Source: the human T2T-CHM13v2.0 reference genome, Homo sapiens
Direction: 5' to 3' (one strand)
Assembly (NCBI RefSeq): GCF_009914755.1
Contig: NC_060926.1
DNA: 64,000 bases
The notes under the pieces are model-generated. The model made no database searches. It was not told where the DNA came from and saw nothing but the letters and a program-made list of their open reading frames with translations. The translations under genes were made by a program, and so were the position numbers. Position 1 is the stretch's first letter. The number at the start of each line of letters is the position of its first letter. Positions 14,931-26,652 of this stretch are shown here, piece by piece.

Positions 14931-15748
14931 TGTGATGGTTAATTTTATATGTCACTTGATTGGGCCACAGCATGCCCAGAATGCTGGCTAAACATTATTT
15001 CTGAGTGTATCCATAAGGGCGTTTTCACAAAAGACTACCATTGAATTGGTATACTGAGTAGAGCACATGGCTCTCCCCAGTGTGGGTGAGTATTATCCAA
15101 TCTGTTGCAGTGCAGGCACGGATAGAATAAAAAGGCAGAGGAAAATGGAATTTTCTCTCTGCCTGACTGCTTGAACTGTGACATAGATCTCCAGCCCTTG
15201 GCACTTTAGGTTCTTAAGTCTTCATATCCAAACTGGAATCTATACCATTGCCACTCTAACTCTCAGGCCTTTAAACTACACCACTAGCTTTTTTGGGTCT
15301 CTAGCTTGCAGATGGCAGATTGTGAGACTTCTCAGCCTCCATAATTGTGTGAGCCAAGACTATATAGTACATTTTAAATAAATCTCTATGTGTGTGTGTG
15401 CGCTATATATAGCATATATGTGTGTGTGTATATATACTTGTATATATATGCTATCTGTGCATTCCATGGCCCAGACAAATTGACATAGAAAATTAACTAT
15501 CATAAGCCCATCCCTTGTTAACGTGGCACACATACACAACTTCTTAATCTGTACTTAATCTCCAAATAAAGAAAATAACAGGTCATACTTCCACCTAACA
15601 TGATACAACTATTGTATCTACAACCCAAAATGCACTAACTCCTTCCTTGGGAGAGAAGGTAAAGTCCTTTCTTCATGTTTGCTCTTTTTGATATCCTGTA
15701 ACTTAAAATTTTTTGGTTCTGTTTCTCTGGGGAACCCTGAGAAACACA
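14931..15748 (+). mobile_element. MLT2-family 3' LTR, interrupted by a (TG)/(TA) tract and an inverted insert
   Basis: Starts tgtgatggttaattttatatgtca and ends ggttctgtttctctggggaaccctgagaaacaca. Contains ctcagcctccataattgtgtgagccaa. Confidence 0.82.
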
Positions 15749-15756
15749 TTTATGTT

Positions 15757-16230
15757 TATTCATTCTCCACACAGAGGCCAGAATGTTTTTTTCAAAAATG
15801 TAAATTGTTCATGTCACTCCCCTACTGAGAACAACCCTTGGCTTCTAATTGCACTGACTATAAAATCCAAAGTTCTTATAGCCTATAAGAACTTGTATTT
15901 AAGTATTTGCTCAAATGTCACCTTTTCAAAACAGCCTTTTCTGACCACCTTATCTAAAATAGACATCAGGTTCCCATACATTGTGTTCTGCTTTCTTTTC
16001 ATTTTGGTGTTTTTTTTTGTTGTTGTTTTGTTTTTGTTTTTTTTTTTGCTATGTGAATTTACATTATACATCTGCAAGTTTACCTTTTTATGATATGTCT
16101 CCACATTAGAATGCAAGCCTCATAAGAGAGGCCTTTGCTCAGCACCTCGGAAAGCAGGCATATAGCAGATGTTCAGTAAACATCAGTAAACAGGCATAGC
16201 TGTTCAGTAAACATTTGTTAAATAAATATA
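15757..16230 (+). mobile_element. L2 3' region
   Basis: attctccacacagaggccaga...tagaatgcaagcctc...gttcagtaaacatttgttaaataaat. Confidence 0.7.
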
Positions 16231-16295
16231 TGGACTTCAGAGTCACTGAGAACTAGAATGAAAAAAAAAAAAGGTAAAGAATATACATAAAGGAA

Positions 16296-16444
16296 GGCCA
16301 GGTGTGGTGGCTCACGCCTGAAATCCCAACATTTTTGGAGACTGAGGCCAGAGGATTGCTTCAGGTCAGGATACCAGCCTAGGTAACAAAGTGGGACCCT
16401 TTCCCTACAAAACCTTTTTAAAAATTAAGAAAATAAAAATAAAA
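16296..16444 (+). mobile_element. Alu monomer (FLAM_C / AluJ left-arm-like)
   Basis: ggccaggtgtggtggctcacgcctgaaatcccaac...ccagcctaggtaacaaagtgggaccct followed by an A-rich tail. There is no right arm. Confidence 0.85.
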
Positions 16445-16457
16445 GAGAACTAGAATG

Positions 16458-16565
16458 GAGCCAGAATCAAACACTGGTTCCTCCATTTTTAAAAGCTGAA
16501 TGAACTTGAGCAAATCACTTCATCACTTTGAGTCTTGGTTTCCCTGTCTACAAAGTAAGGTTTTA
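16458..16565 (+). mobile_element. MIR fragment
   Basis: tgaacttgagcaaatcactt...tgagtcttggtttccctgtctacaaagtaagg resembles the MIR core. Confidence 0.6.
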
Positions 16566-17277
16566 TGCTGAGTGTTCTTCATAAATCCAGCTTAACTGTT
16601 ATGAGCACAACATTTCTAGGATAATTTTTTTCAATTGATGGGTAATAGTCATTCCTATCTTTTTTCTAACCCTCATGGAAATGCTTCCCTTAACTCAGCA
16701 TACATTTCATCATGTTATATATTCTAGAATTCTACTTTAAAACTAGGGTTTTTATTTCAGACTTGAATATTGCAATTTATCATATGCTTTTGCAGTTTTG
16801 AGAAGTTTTTTTTTAATCTTATTAGGGTAAATTATTGATAAATTGCAATTATTAAACCATCCTTACATTCTTGAATGAATCATATACAATGATCGTACAT
16901 TACTCTATTAGTATAATTCTGGATTTTATTGCTCTTATTCATTTGTACTGGTATCTTTTAATATAAAAAATTTGTATCAATGTTTTAAAATATCTTTATC
17001 AGATGTGATTAGGGCCAAAAGAGTTTAAAAATTGAAATGAATTTATATTTCAGAAATTTCATATTCTACATAATTAAATGTATTAAAGAAAAAACTATTA
17101 GCAAAATAGGAAATGTGTTTCATAATTTTCATTACATAAAACTAGACATAAAATATTTTTCAGTGTAAAAATTGGTATCCTTTTAAAAAAAATCCTATTA
17201 TGTATTATCTGAATCTTTATCTTCTACCACTGTTTTATTGATTCCCAAAGTGATAAAACGTAGACTGCTGAAATTAA

Positions 17278-17596
<319 letters not shown>

Positions 17597-19784
17597 TACT
17601 AAACACTTTCTAAACAATCCTTGAGCCTAATGAAAAGAACTTTTGGCATTGTAGACCTTTACTAATAGATTTGTACCTATGGAAGACATAGGTATTCAAT
17701 ACCACAGACAGATGAAAGATAAATCAATATATTATATATACTCCTATCTGCTGATCTATCTAAAATTGAATTGATCTGTACTTTACCTCTTTTGTTGATT
17801 ACAATAGTCTTTGAGAGCTCTCAAAATTCTTAAGTGCAGCTACTATATAGTGTGAGGGAAAATAACCTCATAACTGAAAACTAAAAAAACTGATGTACCT
17901 CAAAATTATACATGATTGTCTTCTATGAGTAATATGGTTTTTGAGTAGTCTACCTTGATATAGTCTTCCCAATATAAACATTTATCTTTGTAAATTTTTG
18001 TACTTTGTATTTCAAAGATGAGCTTGGTAAAATTAAAAAATTGCAAATGATTTTTAATGTATCATATCAAATAACAACTAACTTATAACTGCATATATAT
18101 ATATTCTGTCTTTATTGTTTCCCTGTCTTCAAATATTTTTTCTTAATTTTTATTTCATAACATTTCTATGTTGAAAATAGGAAAAACAGAAAGGCTTTAC
18201 AGATTTAGAAATTACATTTCTGTCATCTATACATACTTGGATGAAATAATAAGATCACAGAAATACAATTGTCAGAAATGTAATATTCCCTTTACCACAT
18301 TTTGTCACTATTCTCTGCCTGCCCTCTTTATCCCTCCCTCATACAAAGTCCTTCTTATTTACTTTGTAGTATTTCATTTCCTGTGAAAGTGCTAGGTCCT
18401 TAACTTTAATGTAGGCACTGGACTTGACAAGCAATTAAAACAAACAATTTCCACTCATCAAGGCTTGCCAAATTAGTCATCTGCCATCTGCCCCATCATC
18501 TGGCTCTCCTTGAGGTCTTGCTGTGAATCTGGATGCACTTTCACAGATTAAGAGGGACAGTGCAAACCTCCAAGCTGGTAAAATGCCAGTGGGAGCTAAG
18601 TATGTAAACATTAGCAAACATCTTTCTTCTCTAGATTATCATGCCTTCAACCATCCCCTCGTGTCTAATAAAAACCAGCCTGATTGTGATGCCTTATCAC
18701 TGTGAGACCTTTGCCATTCACTGTAATTAAAGCGGCAGTGTGTGGGATATTTTTCCTGTTAGGAGAATTTACAAGAAGGAATTAGACTAGATGTTCCTAA
18801 TATGATACTATACTCACATATCAAGGTGGATTTCTTAAGCATTGATAAAGATGTGCACATTAAGAAATGGACTATGGCCTTTCTCTTGCATTGGTTTCAG
18901 AGTGAGACTTCCTTTTTCATTCCTTTCATCAGCTAATGTTTACTTGACTAATAATATGCAATAGGCACTATCTAGGGTAAATGTTCAATCAGCTTACACT
19001 AGAAACGGGAAAAAATGAGAAATAGCAAGAGTGAAACATTGTACTATTGTCACCCCATGCTTGTTTATAAGGTCTCTCTTCCTTCAAAGCATTCTCCAAC
19101 CCAGGGCTACTCTTGGGCAATAGGTACCTTCATGCAAATGCACTAGGGTGGCACTCTTTTAAGTGAAACAAACTCCATGAGGGGCACATGACCTGGACAT
19201 CACAATATACACTGCATTTTATCCCCATCTGTTCCCTAGTACATGAGTATGCTTGCAGTGGTGAGCTTGCATAATTGTAAACAGAAGCTCTGGTTCACTC
19301 CACTGTTCCAAGTTATCTGTCCAAACTTGCTCATTCAGGGTAAAGTTGTGTCTAATTTAACGACCCTTTTAAAATTAAAAGAAAAGTCTGTGAATGTTAG
19401 ACTTGGGGTGAGAAGAAGGGGTGTGGCAAACAACATTTTTGACTGACAGTCTTTACTGTTATCTTCAGATGATTTACATATAAAGCCTAATCCAAGATCA
19501 CCTTCTAACAAGTTTTCGGGGATGTTTTAAAACCCAATTCATAGTCACATTATTCTCTTGGATAAAAAACAAAAAGCACCCACCTGATACTAATATAGAC
19601 TAGATTATAAAATATATTATTATAATTTATTTTAAATTGTTTTCCTGTGCCCAAACTCTATTATTCTAGAAACTAGATTCTATAATCTCCAGTGGGTTGG
19701 TCTCTCTAAAACATTTAGATGAGTAGTGGGTTGTTATTTTTACAAGATAATCATACTTACAAGTACAGTCACAATCAACTTTCC

Positions 19785-20460
19785 TTTTTTTAACTTTTAT
19801 TTTAAGTTCCAGGGCACACATGCAGGTTTTTTACATTGGTAAACTTGTGTCATGGGGGTTTGTTGTACAGATTATTTCATCATCCAGGTATTAAGCTTAG
19901 TACACATTAGTTATTTTTTCTGATCCTCTCTCTCCTCCCACTCTCACCCACCAATAGGCCCCAGTGTGTACTGTTCCCCTCTGTGTGTCCATGTGTTCTC
20001 ATCATTTTGCTCCCACTTATAAGTGAGAACATGCAGTACTTGGTTTGCTGTTCCTGTGTTAGTATGCTAGGGATAACGGTCTCCAGCTTCATCCATGTCT
20101 CTGCCAAGGACATAATCTTGTTCTTTTTTGTAGCTGCATAGTATTCCATGGTGTATATGTACATTTTCTTTATGCAGTCTATTATTAATGGGCATTTAGG
20201 TTGATTCCATGTATTTGCTATTGTGAACAATACTGCAGTGAACATACACGTGCATGTGTCTTTATAACAGAATGATTTATATTCCTCTGGGCATATACCC
20301 AGTAATGCGATTGCTGGATTAAATGGTATTTCTGTTTTAGGTCTTTGAGGAATCAACACACTGTCTTCCAAAATGGTTAAACAAATTTATACTCCCACCA
20401 ACAGTGTATAAGCACTCCTCCTGCTGAGCACCAAAAGAAACTATCAACAGAGTAAACAAC
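19785..20460 (-). mobile_element. L1 3' end (L1PA13-16-like) with a short inverted 5' piece
   Basis: ORF 19907-20371 is L1 ORF2 C-terminal-like. Bases 20428-20460 (gcaccaaaagaaactatcaacagagtaaacaac) are L1 sequence in the opposite orientation. Confidence 0.9.
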
Positions 20461-20977
20461 ACACTTTCAAGTACTAACTGTAATTGGGTGTTTGATAAGG
20501 AGACAGCCACCACTAGAGAAATATCTGTCATTCGTTTATTCGTTCTGTCACGTATTTATTCAATAAATGGTTACTGGAAAACAATACATGGTGCTCTGGG
20601 TTATCTGTAAAAGGAATAATAAATACAATCTATGTCACAGATTTATAACATTTTACATTCTAAGATAAATCCTCTGTAGAATTTTTAGAAATAATAATAG
20701 TATACAAATTTAGTTAAGCTGCTAATAAATATGAATAATTTTATCTGACTTTGATTCACTGCTACTGAATAAGACCCACAATCAAAGTCAAAGTTCATTT
20801 TACCCACAATAACATATAAAACAGAGCCCTTCTCGCCTACCACACATACGAAATATACATCGTTTTGTATAAAAGTTAGACATCACTTGTGAGAAGAAAT
20901 TTCCTGGGCATAACAGTAGTCAATGATGTTACCGATCTACTCAGCAGCATCTACAATGGAAGAAATATCATACCTTA

Positions 20978-21272
20978 TGCTGTGGTGTGGATGTTTGCCC
21001 CCTCCAAAACAGATTGAAACTTAATCCCCAATGGAGCAGTACCAAGAGTCTGTTAAAAATTCAGCCTGGCATTCTGTAGCCTTCTTGCCATGTGATACCC
21101 TCTGCTGCCTCAGGACCCTTCAGACAGTCTCTACCAAGCAGACCCTCACCAGATGCAGCTCCCCATTCTTGAACTTTCTAGCCTCCAGAATTATAAAAAA
21201 ACACAATTCTTTTCTTTATAAATTACCCAGTCTCAGGCATTCAGTTATAGCAACAGAAAAAGGAGTAGGATA
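20978..21272 (+). mobile_element. MST-family MaLR solo LTR, internally deleted
   Basis: tgctgtggtgtggatgtttgccccctccaaaac...ttctttataaattacccagtctcaggcattcagttatagcaacagaaaa. Perfect 5-bp TSD cctta at 20973-20977 and 21273-21277. Confidence 0.85.
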
Positions 21273-22962
21273 CCTTAACAAATGTTTTATTCAGTTAGCC
21301 AGGTTAGTGTATATCTTTTAGTATATATTTAACTAGGTCCTCATTCACTTGTCTAAAAGGATAAGGAAAAATTGCTCTGACACAGACCGGATACACACAT
21401 TATTGAAAACTATTCCATTTCAGGCTGATTTTCAATTAAGTCCCCATTCTAAATTACTTAATAACGATATGATTGAACATGTCATGGGTATTGTTTTTAG
21501 TCTTTTTTCATTTTATTTAATTCAGAAATTTGATATTATAGTTAATAGCTAATATTACTACCAAGTTCCCTACTCACTTCACACTCCTATGGGTAAGTAA
21601 ATGGGACTTCAGAGATCACGTGGATAGTTACTTAATTTGGAGTGTTTTCCCATAAAGTTTCACTAATCTTTGGACTTAAAAATCTGATATCCTATTCGTG
21701 GGCTTTATTATAATAGAGTAGCATGTTATAATACAAAATCTATGATAAGATATTGAAAGTAAAAGTCCAACCTTTTAATGGAATTCACATCATTCACTAT
21801 GACACACAAAGAAGAGCCAAGGTGACATTTAGCAAATTTTGTAAGTATTAGAGATGAACTCAGAAATGTCTTCTACATTTAAGAGCAATATTTAAAACAA
21901 CACACACACACACGCACATGTGCACATACACATACATAGGGATACAATATTTGCTAGTATACAATATTTGCATTTTTATGCTACAGTGTTAACACAAAAA
22001 TGCATTACAAAGTTCCTTAATTTATTTTATCTTAGACAATTTGGCAATAAAGGTATCAAAAATATACCACTGAGTGCTAAAAATATCTCATATCACACTA
22101 ACAATAATAGAAGTTCTATAGCATCAGGTTCAATTTTTTAAAAAGTAGAGAATAATTGATGATTTTTTTCCTTATATAAGATATGACTAGTAACAAGAAA
22201 AAATTTTTCAATTGTACGTTTTAAATTAATACTTGCATAGTTATTTTTAAATTAATGTGAATTTCTGAGAGTCTAAATTATATATTTTGTAGCTGATAAG
22301 CTTCATATGTGCAAAACATATTTTCTAGCAGGTAAATACAATTTCAAACTAAATCACTTACTGTTTACATAGAGATACAGATGGAAAAGAAAACACACAC
22401 TAACTTCTATTTTTAATCCTGCCACAGCACGAATCTGATCAATTTTTAAAATTTGAAGCACACCTTTTCCGAACATGACTCATTTTCAATTCCTGACACA
22501 AAAATAATATGCACTTTATGATAAATTATATAAATAAGTATCTTTTTTATTATAGAATTCAAGTTTCTACTGATATTATTTGCCAGGATAAAATATAATC
22601 AATTAGTTGTTACATTCTTTGTAAATGTTCATTTCTTTTCAGATGCATTTACCACCTGATTATAACTTGTAAAGAAGACTTAATGCAAGTCAAATAATGA
22701 CTATAGAATCTGGTTATAAAATGTATTAACTGTTTGAGAAACAAGATCCATGCAGTTGCATCATTTTTTATTGTTCTGGTCTCAAAAACTAAAATAAAAT
22801 AAAATAATAACCCTTAAAACAGTCAATTCTTTGCAAAGATACTTTTTAAGAATATATGGGTTTATGTAAATGCATATATACATAAAAATATTAGCTGGGA
22901 AGAAAAAACAATAATATGTTGCAAATGGTTTTCTCTGATCAATAGATTTCTGGGTATGAGAC

Positions 22963-23060
22963 ATATAATATATATAGTAATATCTATATGTTTATGTATC
23001 TATAGTAATATCTATATATATTTATATATATGTTATATATATATACATATCATATATATT
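22963..23060. repeat. Degenerate (TA)n with a tandem tatagtaatatctatat unit
   Basis: Direct reading of the sequence. Confidence 0.8.
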
Positions 23061-23455
23061 TGTCCTGTCATTTCTAAATTTATACTAGTTTTAAGTATTG
23101 TAAATGTAAAAAGTATATTTTATTTTTAAAAATGTTTTTTTTTTAATTTTAGGAAAGGGTAAACAGACAAACATTCTATAATATGCCATTTCTTTATAGA
23201 AATGTGTATGCTAACCAAATTACTATCAATACTTTTGATAATTTTGTAATTTTAATAGAACATTATTTTAGATAAAAATGTGAATTTATTTTTGATGTAA
23301 ACAGTTAAGAAACTTTATTTTAAAATATCTAAAATAAAAGTAAAAAAGAATATATTCCTTAAAAAGTTGAGTGTAAACTGATCTACTCATCTATAAAGTT
23401 GCTCTATAAAGTTCAAAAACAAACCAATTTCCCACCTGAATAGACTAGGAAACAT

Positions 23456-23458
<3 letters not shown>

Positions 23459-23501
<43 letters not shown>
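23459..23501. repeat. (TG)~21 microsatellite
   Basis: Uninterrupted tgtgtg run. Confidence 0.97.
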
Positions 23502-23505
<4 letters not shown>

Positions 23506-24179
23506 GGGAGTATTTAAGTTAATACCATAATTTCTGTGTATGCTCTAGGTTCTTTTCTAGTTCATGCAATTTGATATACAAAATTGTATAATATTGTTTC
23601 TATTTTACTAATTATTTATCTCTTCTGATCTCATATTTTAAATTATATTACTAATGTCTATATATAACTATTATATAACTAACGTCTATAACTACTTGTT
23701 TTGAATTATTTAGGTTCAATAGTAGTATATTTCCGTCAAGTAAAAATGCCATAAACAAGATGAAATACTTATATGCTGAAGACACATTACCTTTTATAAA
23801 TTTAGAACTACAGCGTTGTACTCTTAATTGTTATGCATTATATTAGAAGTCCATGACAGATGCTATGGGTGATAGTCATTAGGTATTTACAACACATAAA
23901 AAGAATTTTATAGTACAATCTCAATGAGTACCAACCATTTTATTAATGAAGAAACTTGGCTCCCTGGTTCCCTCCATTTGTGACCCATTCCCTTCTCAAT
24001 TTTTATTCCATACTGTGTAAAGAAAATAGGTGCAAGTTTCTAAAAATAACACTTCTTAGAAATACAAATAGGCTTCAGTCAAGTGAGTGCATGTAGAAAG
24101 ACTGCTCCAACAGTACTATTTTTAAGATAGATTTTTTTCTTTTTTAAAAATAGAAAAACATTTCTAAAAGTTTATCCAC

Positions 24180-25005
24180 TCCTTCCCTCCAATTTCCTTC
24201 AGCCTCCAATCTCATTTTAATAAATGGCACCCCTTTCACTAACTCAGGCAAAAATCTAGTCAGTCAACTATTCTCTCTTTCCATAACCCAGTTATAAAAG
24301 CCACAAAACCATATGCAAATCCATCAGCTCTTTCTTCAGAATATCTATCAGCTCCACCTTGCTATCTCTATTTCAAGCCACGAAAGTCCCTATTTGAATA
24401 TTGCCATGTCTTTCCATCTGATGTCCCTGCTTTTCTTCTTGTCTTCCTCAAGTATATTTTATATCAGATATAAAACAATTTTACATCTTTTAACCTATAA
24501 ATCAGATCATTAATCTTCTTTGCTCAAATATCTCCAATGGTTTCTCATATCAATCAGAATAAAATTAAAAGTCCTTATCTAGACCTACTACAAGGCACTT
24601 AGACCATCTATCTGCTACTTTTCTGATATCATCTCCTAGGATGTTTCACTTACTCAGATCTGGCCACAGGGGCCACCTTACTTGTCTTTGAACATTGCTA
24701 TAAAAGTTTCAAAATGCTGATTATCAATTTATGGATTTATCTTGTGTACCAGTAACAGACTAGCATTGACCTGTGTATGACACTTTGAGTAGCATCATTT
24801 CAAAACATTATATTTTTTATCACTTATCACCAGCTGCCATATTATATCTTCATTTACCATGTAAGCCCTATGAGGGCAGGAACTCTGTTTTGTTCATTAC
24901 TATATTTATAGCATTTGGAAGTACTTGACCCATAGTAGGTACTCAATAAATATTTAATGAATGAATGGATGGATGGATGGATGGATGGACGCATAAATGA
25001 ATGAC
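24180..25005 (+). mobile_element. L2 3' region ending in a (TGAA)/(TGGA)n tail
   Basis: aaatggcacc...tcaggcaaaaatctag...taaatcagatcat...catagtaggtactcaataaatatttaatgaatgaatggatgg. Confidence 0.8.
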
Positions 25006-26341
25006 TGTTGATATTTTGGAATTCTGGCTAGAATTCCTCATTCATTATAACCCAAATGTTATTTCTGATGCTCAGAATGTTAGGACCAGAAAGATCTTTA
25101 GAGATCATTAAGTCCAGATTATGCATATAGATGAGAAAACAGCATTCAAGATAAGTTAAAGAACTCAGAAAAGGTCAAACAGTTAAATAAAGGACACATT
25201 ATATATATATATATAATATTAAAATATATATATAATATATATAAATATTATCCTCAATTATATAGTTATATAACTCTAATATAGAAATACAGAGAACATG
25301 AATTCTCAAACGTTAGAGACAGAAATGGAATGAGACTCTTCATTTAGGCTATGTTCACATGGCACAGTGCCTCATGTGCTGCTGAGAGCTTTCATGAAAC
25401 TGTCCACCTTTATGGAAAGGACTCCCAAACAAAATGTTACGCTGCCAGAAGAAAAACTGTATTGTAAAACTTGGCAGGGTGCTTAAGAACATTTGGCTAA
25501 ACAGCACTAGTTGCCTATGTAATTGGAAAATAGATGTTTAGGAACATCTTTTTTTTTTTTCAAGTCCTGGCTGAAGCAAGTTAAATGTGACTTGTTAAAA
25601 GGAAACTTTTTGAAGAGTCATTTTAACAAAAGCATGTGTCATATGTATACAGAAGCTAACCAATATCACATGATAAACATAATCCTCAAAAATTTTCAAA
25701 TCAAATTACATATTTCAAGTCATATTTTAGTGTACTATTGAAACTTTAAAAATATCTCATTGTGATTATTTTGCAAACAATCTTTTTGTAATGGAAAAAT
25801 CACCTCATAATTTAACTGTTTTGTCAATTCAGATTTCAAAGATCATGCTTGCTTAAATATATTCACACCTGGAGTTGCACCTAACAATTGTATGCCAATT
25901 TACTGTCAGTGTATTATAATATTAAATTATTGTTATAGCTATTATTATGGTTAATAATAAAGTGTTGAATAATTTACAAAGCAGTTTTTTCCTGTTAACT
26001 TCTTTGATCCTAAATTACCTAAGAGATGGTTATAAGAGCCAAAATTATTAGAATAATTGCCAGGAATTCAAATTTTGGGTATCCTGGGAAAAAAAGGAAC
26101 TTCTGAGAAATGTTCTAAAATTCTTCATGAATTAGCAACGAGGTGATAGAAATTCCCAGAAATACTAGATAGCCTTACCTTGGTATGGCTGTGACTCACA
26201 TAGAAGGAATACTAGAAATGGGTTAAATAAAAACAGATTGATTAAGTTTCTATCCCACAGAAAAAGTGGGAGTGAATAATATCTTCAATGGACTCTACTA
26301 CAAGCCTCTTCCTTTTCGCACTTTGTTCCAATGGAAGTTAA

Positions 26342-26652
<311 letters not shown>

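Noticed and set aside
16150-16220. Short repeated units (aggcata...gttcagtaaacat) resembling an array
   Set aside because: Only a local slippage duplication in an L2 3' end, with no regular repeat-spacer structure.
25340-25520. Non-repetitive-looking block that might be a conserved element or very ancient repeat
   Set aside because: I cannot assign a family or show conservation from the sequence alone.
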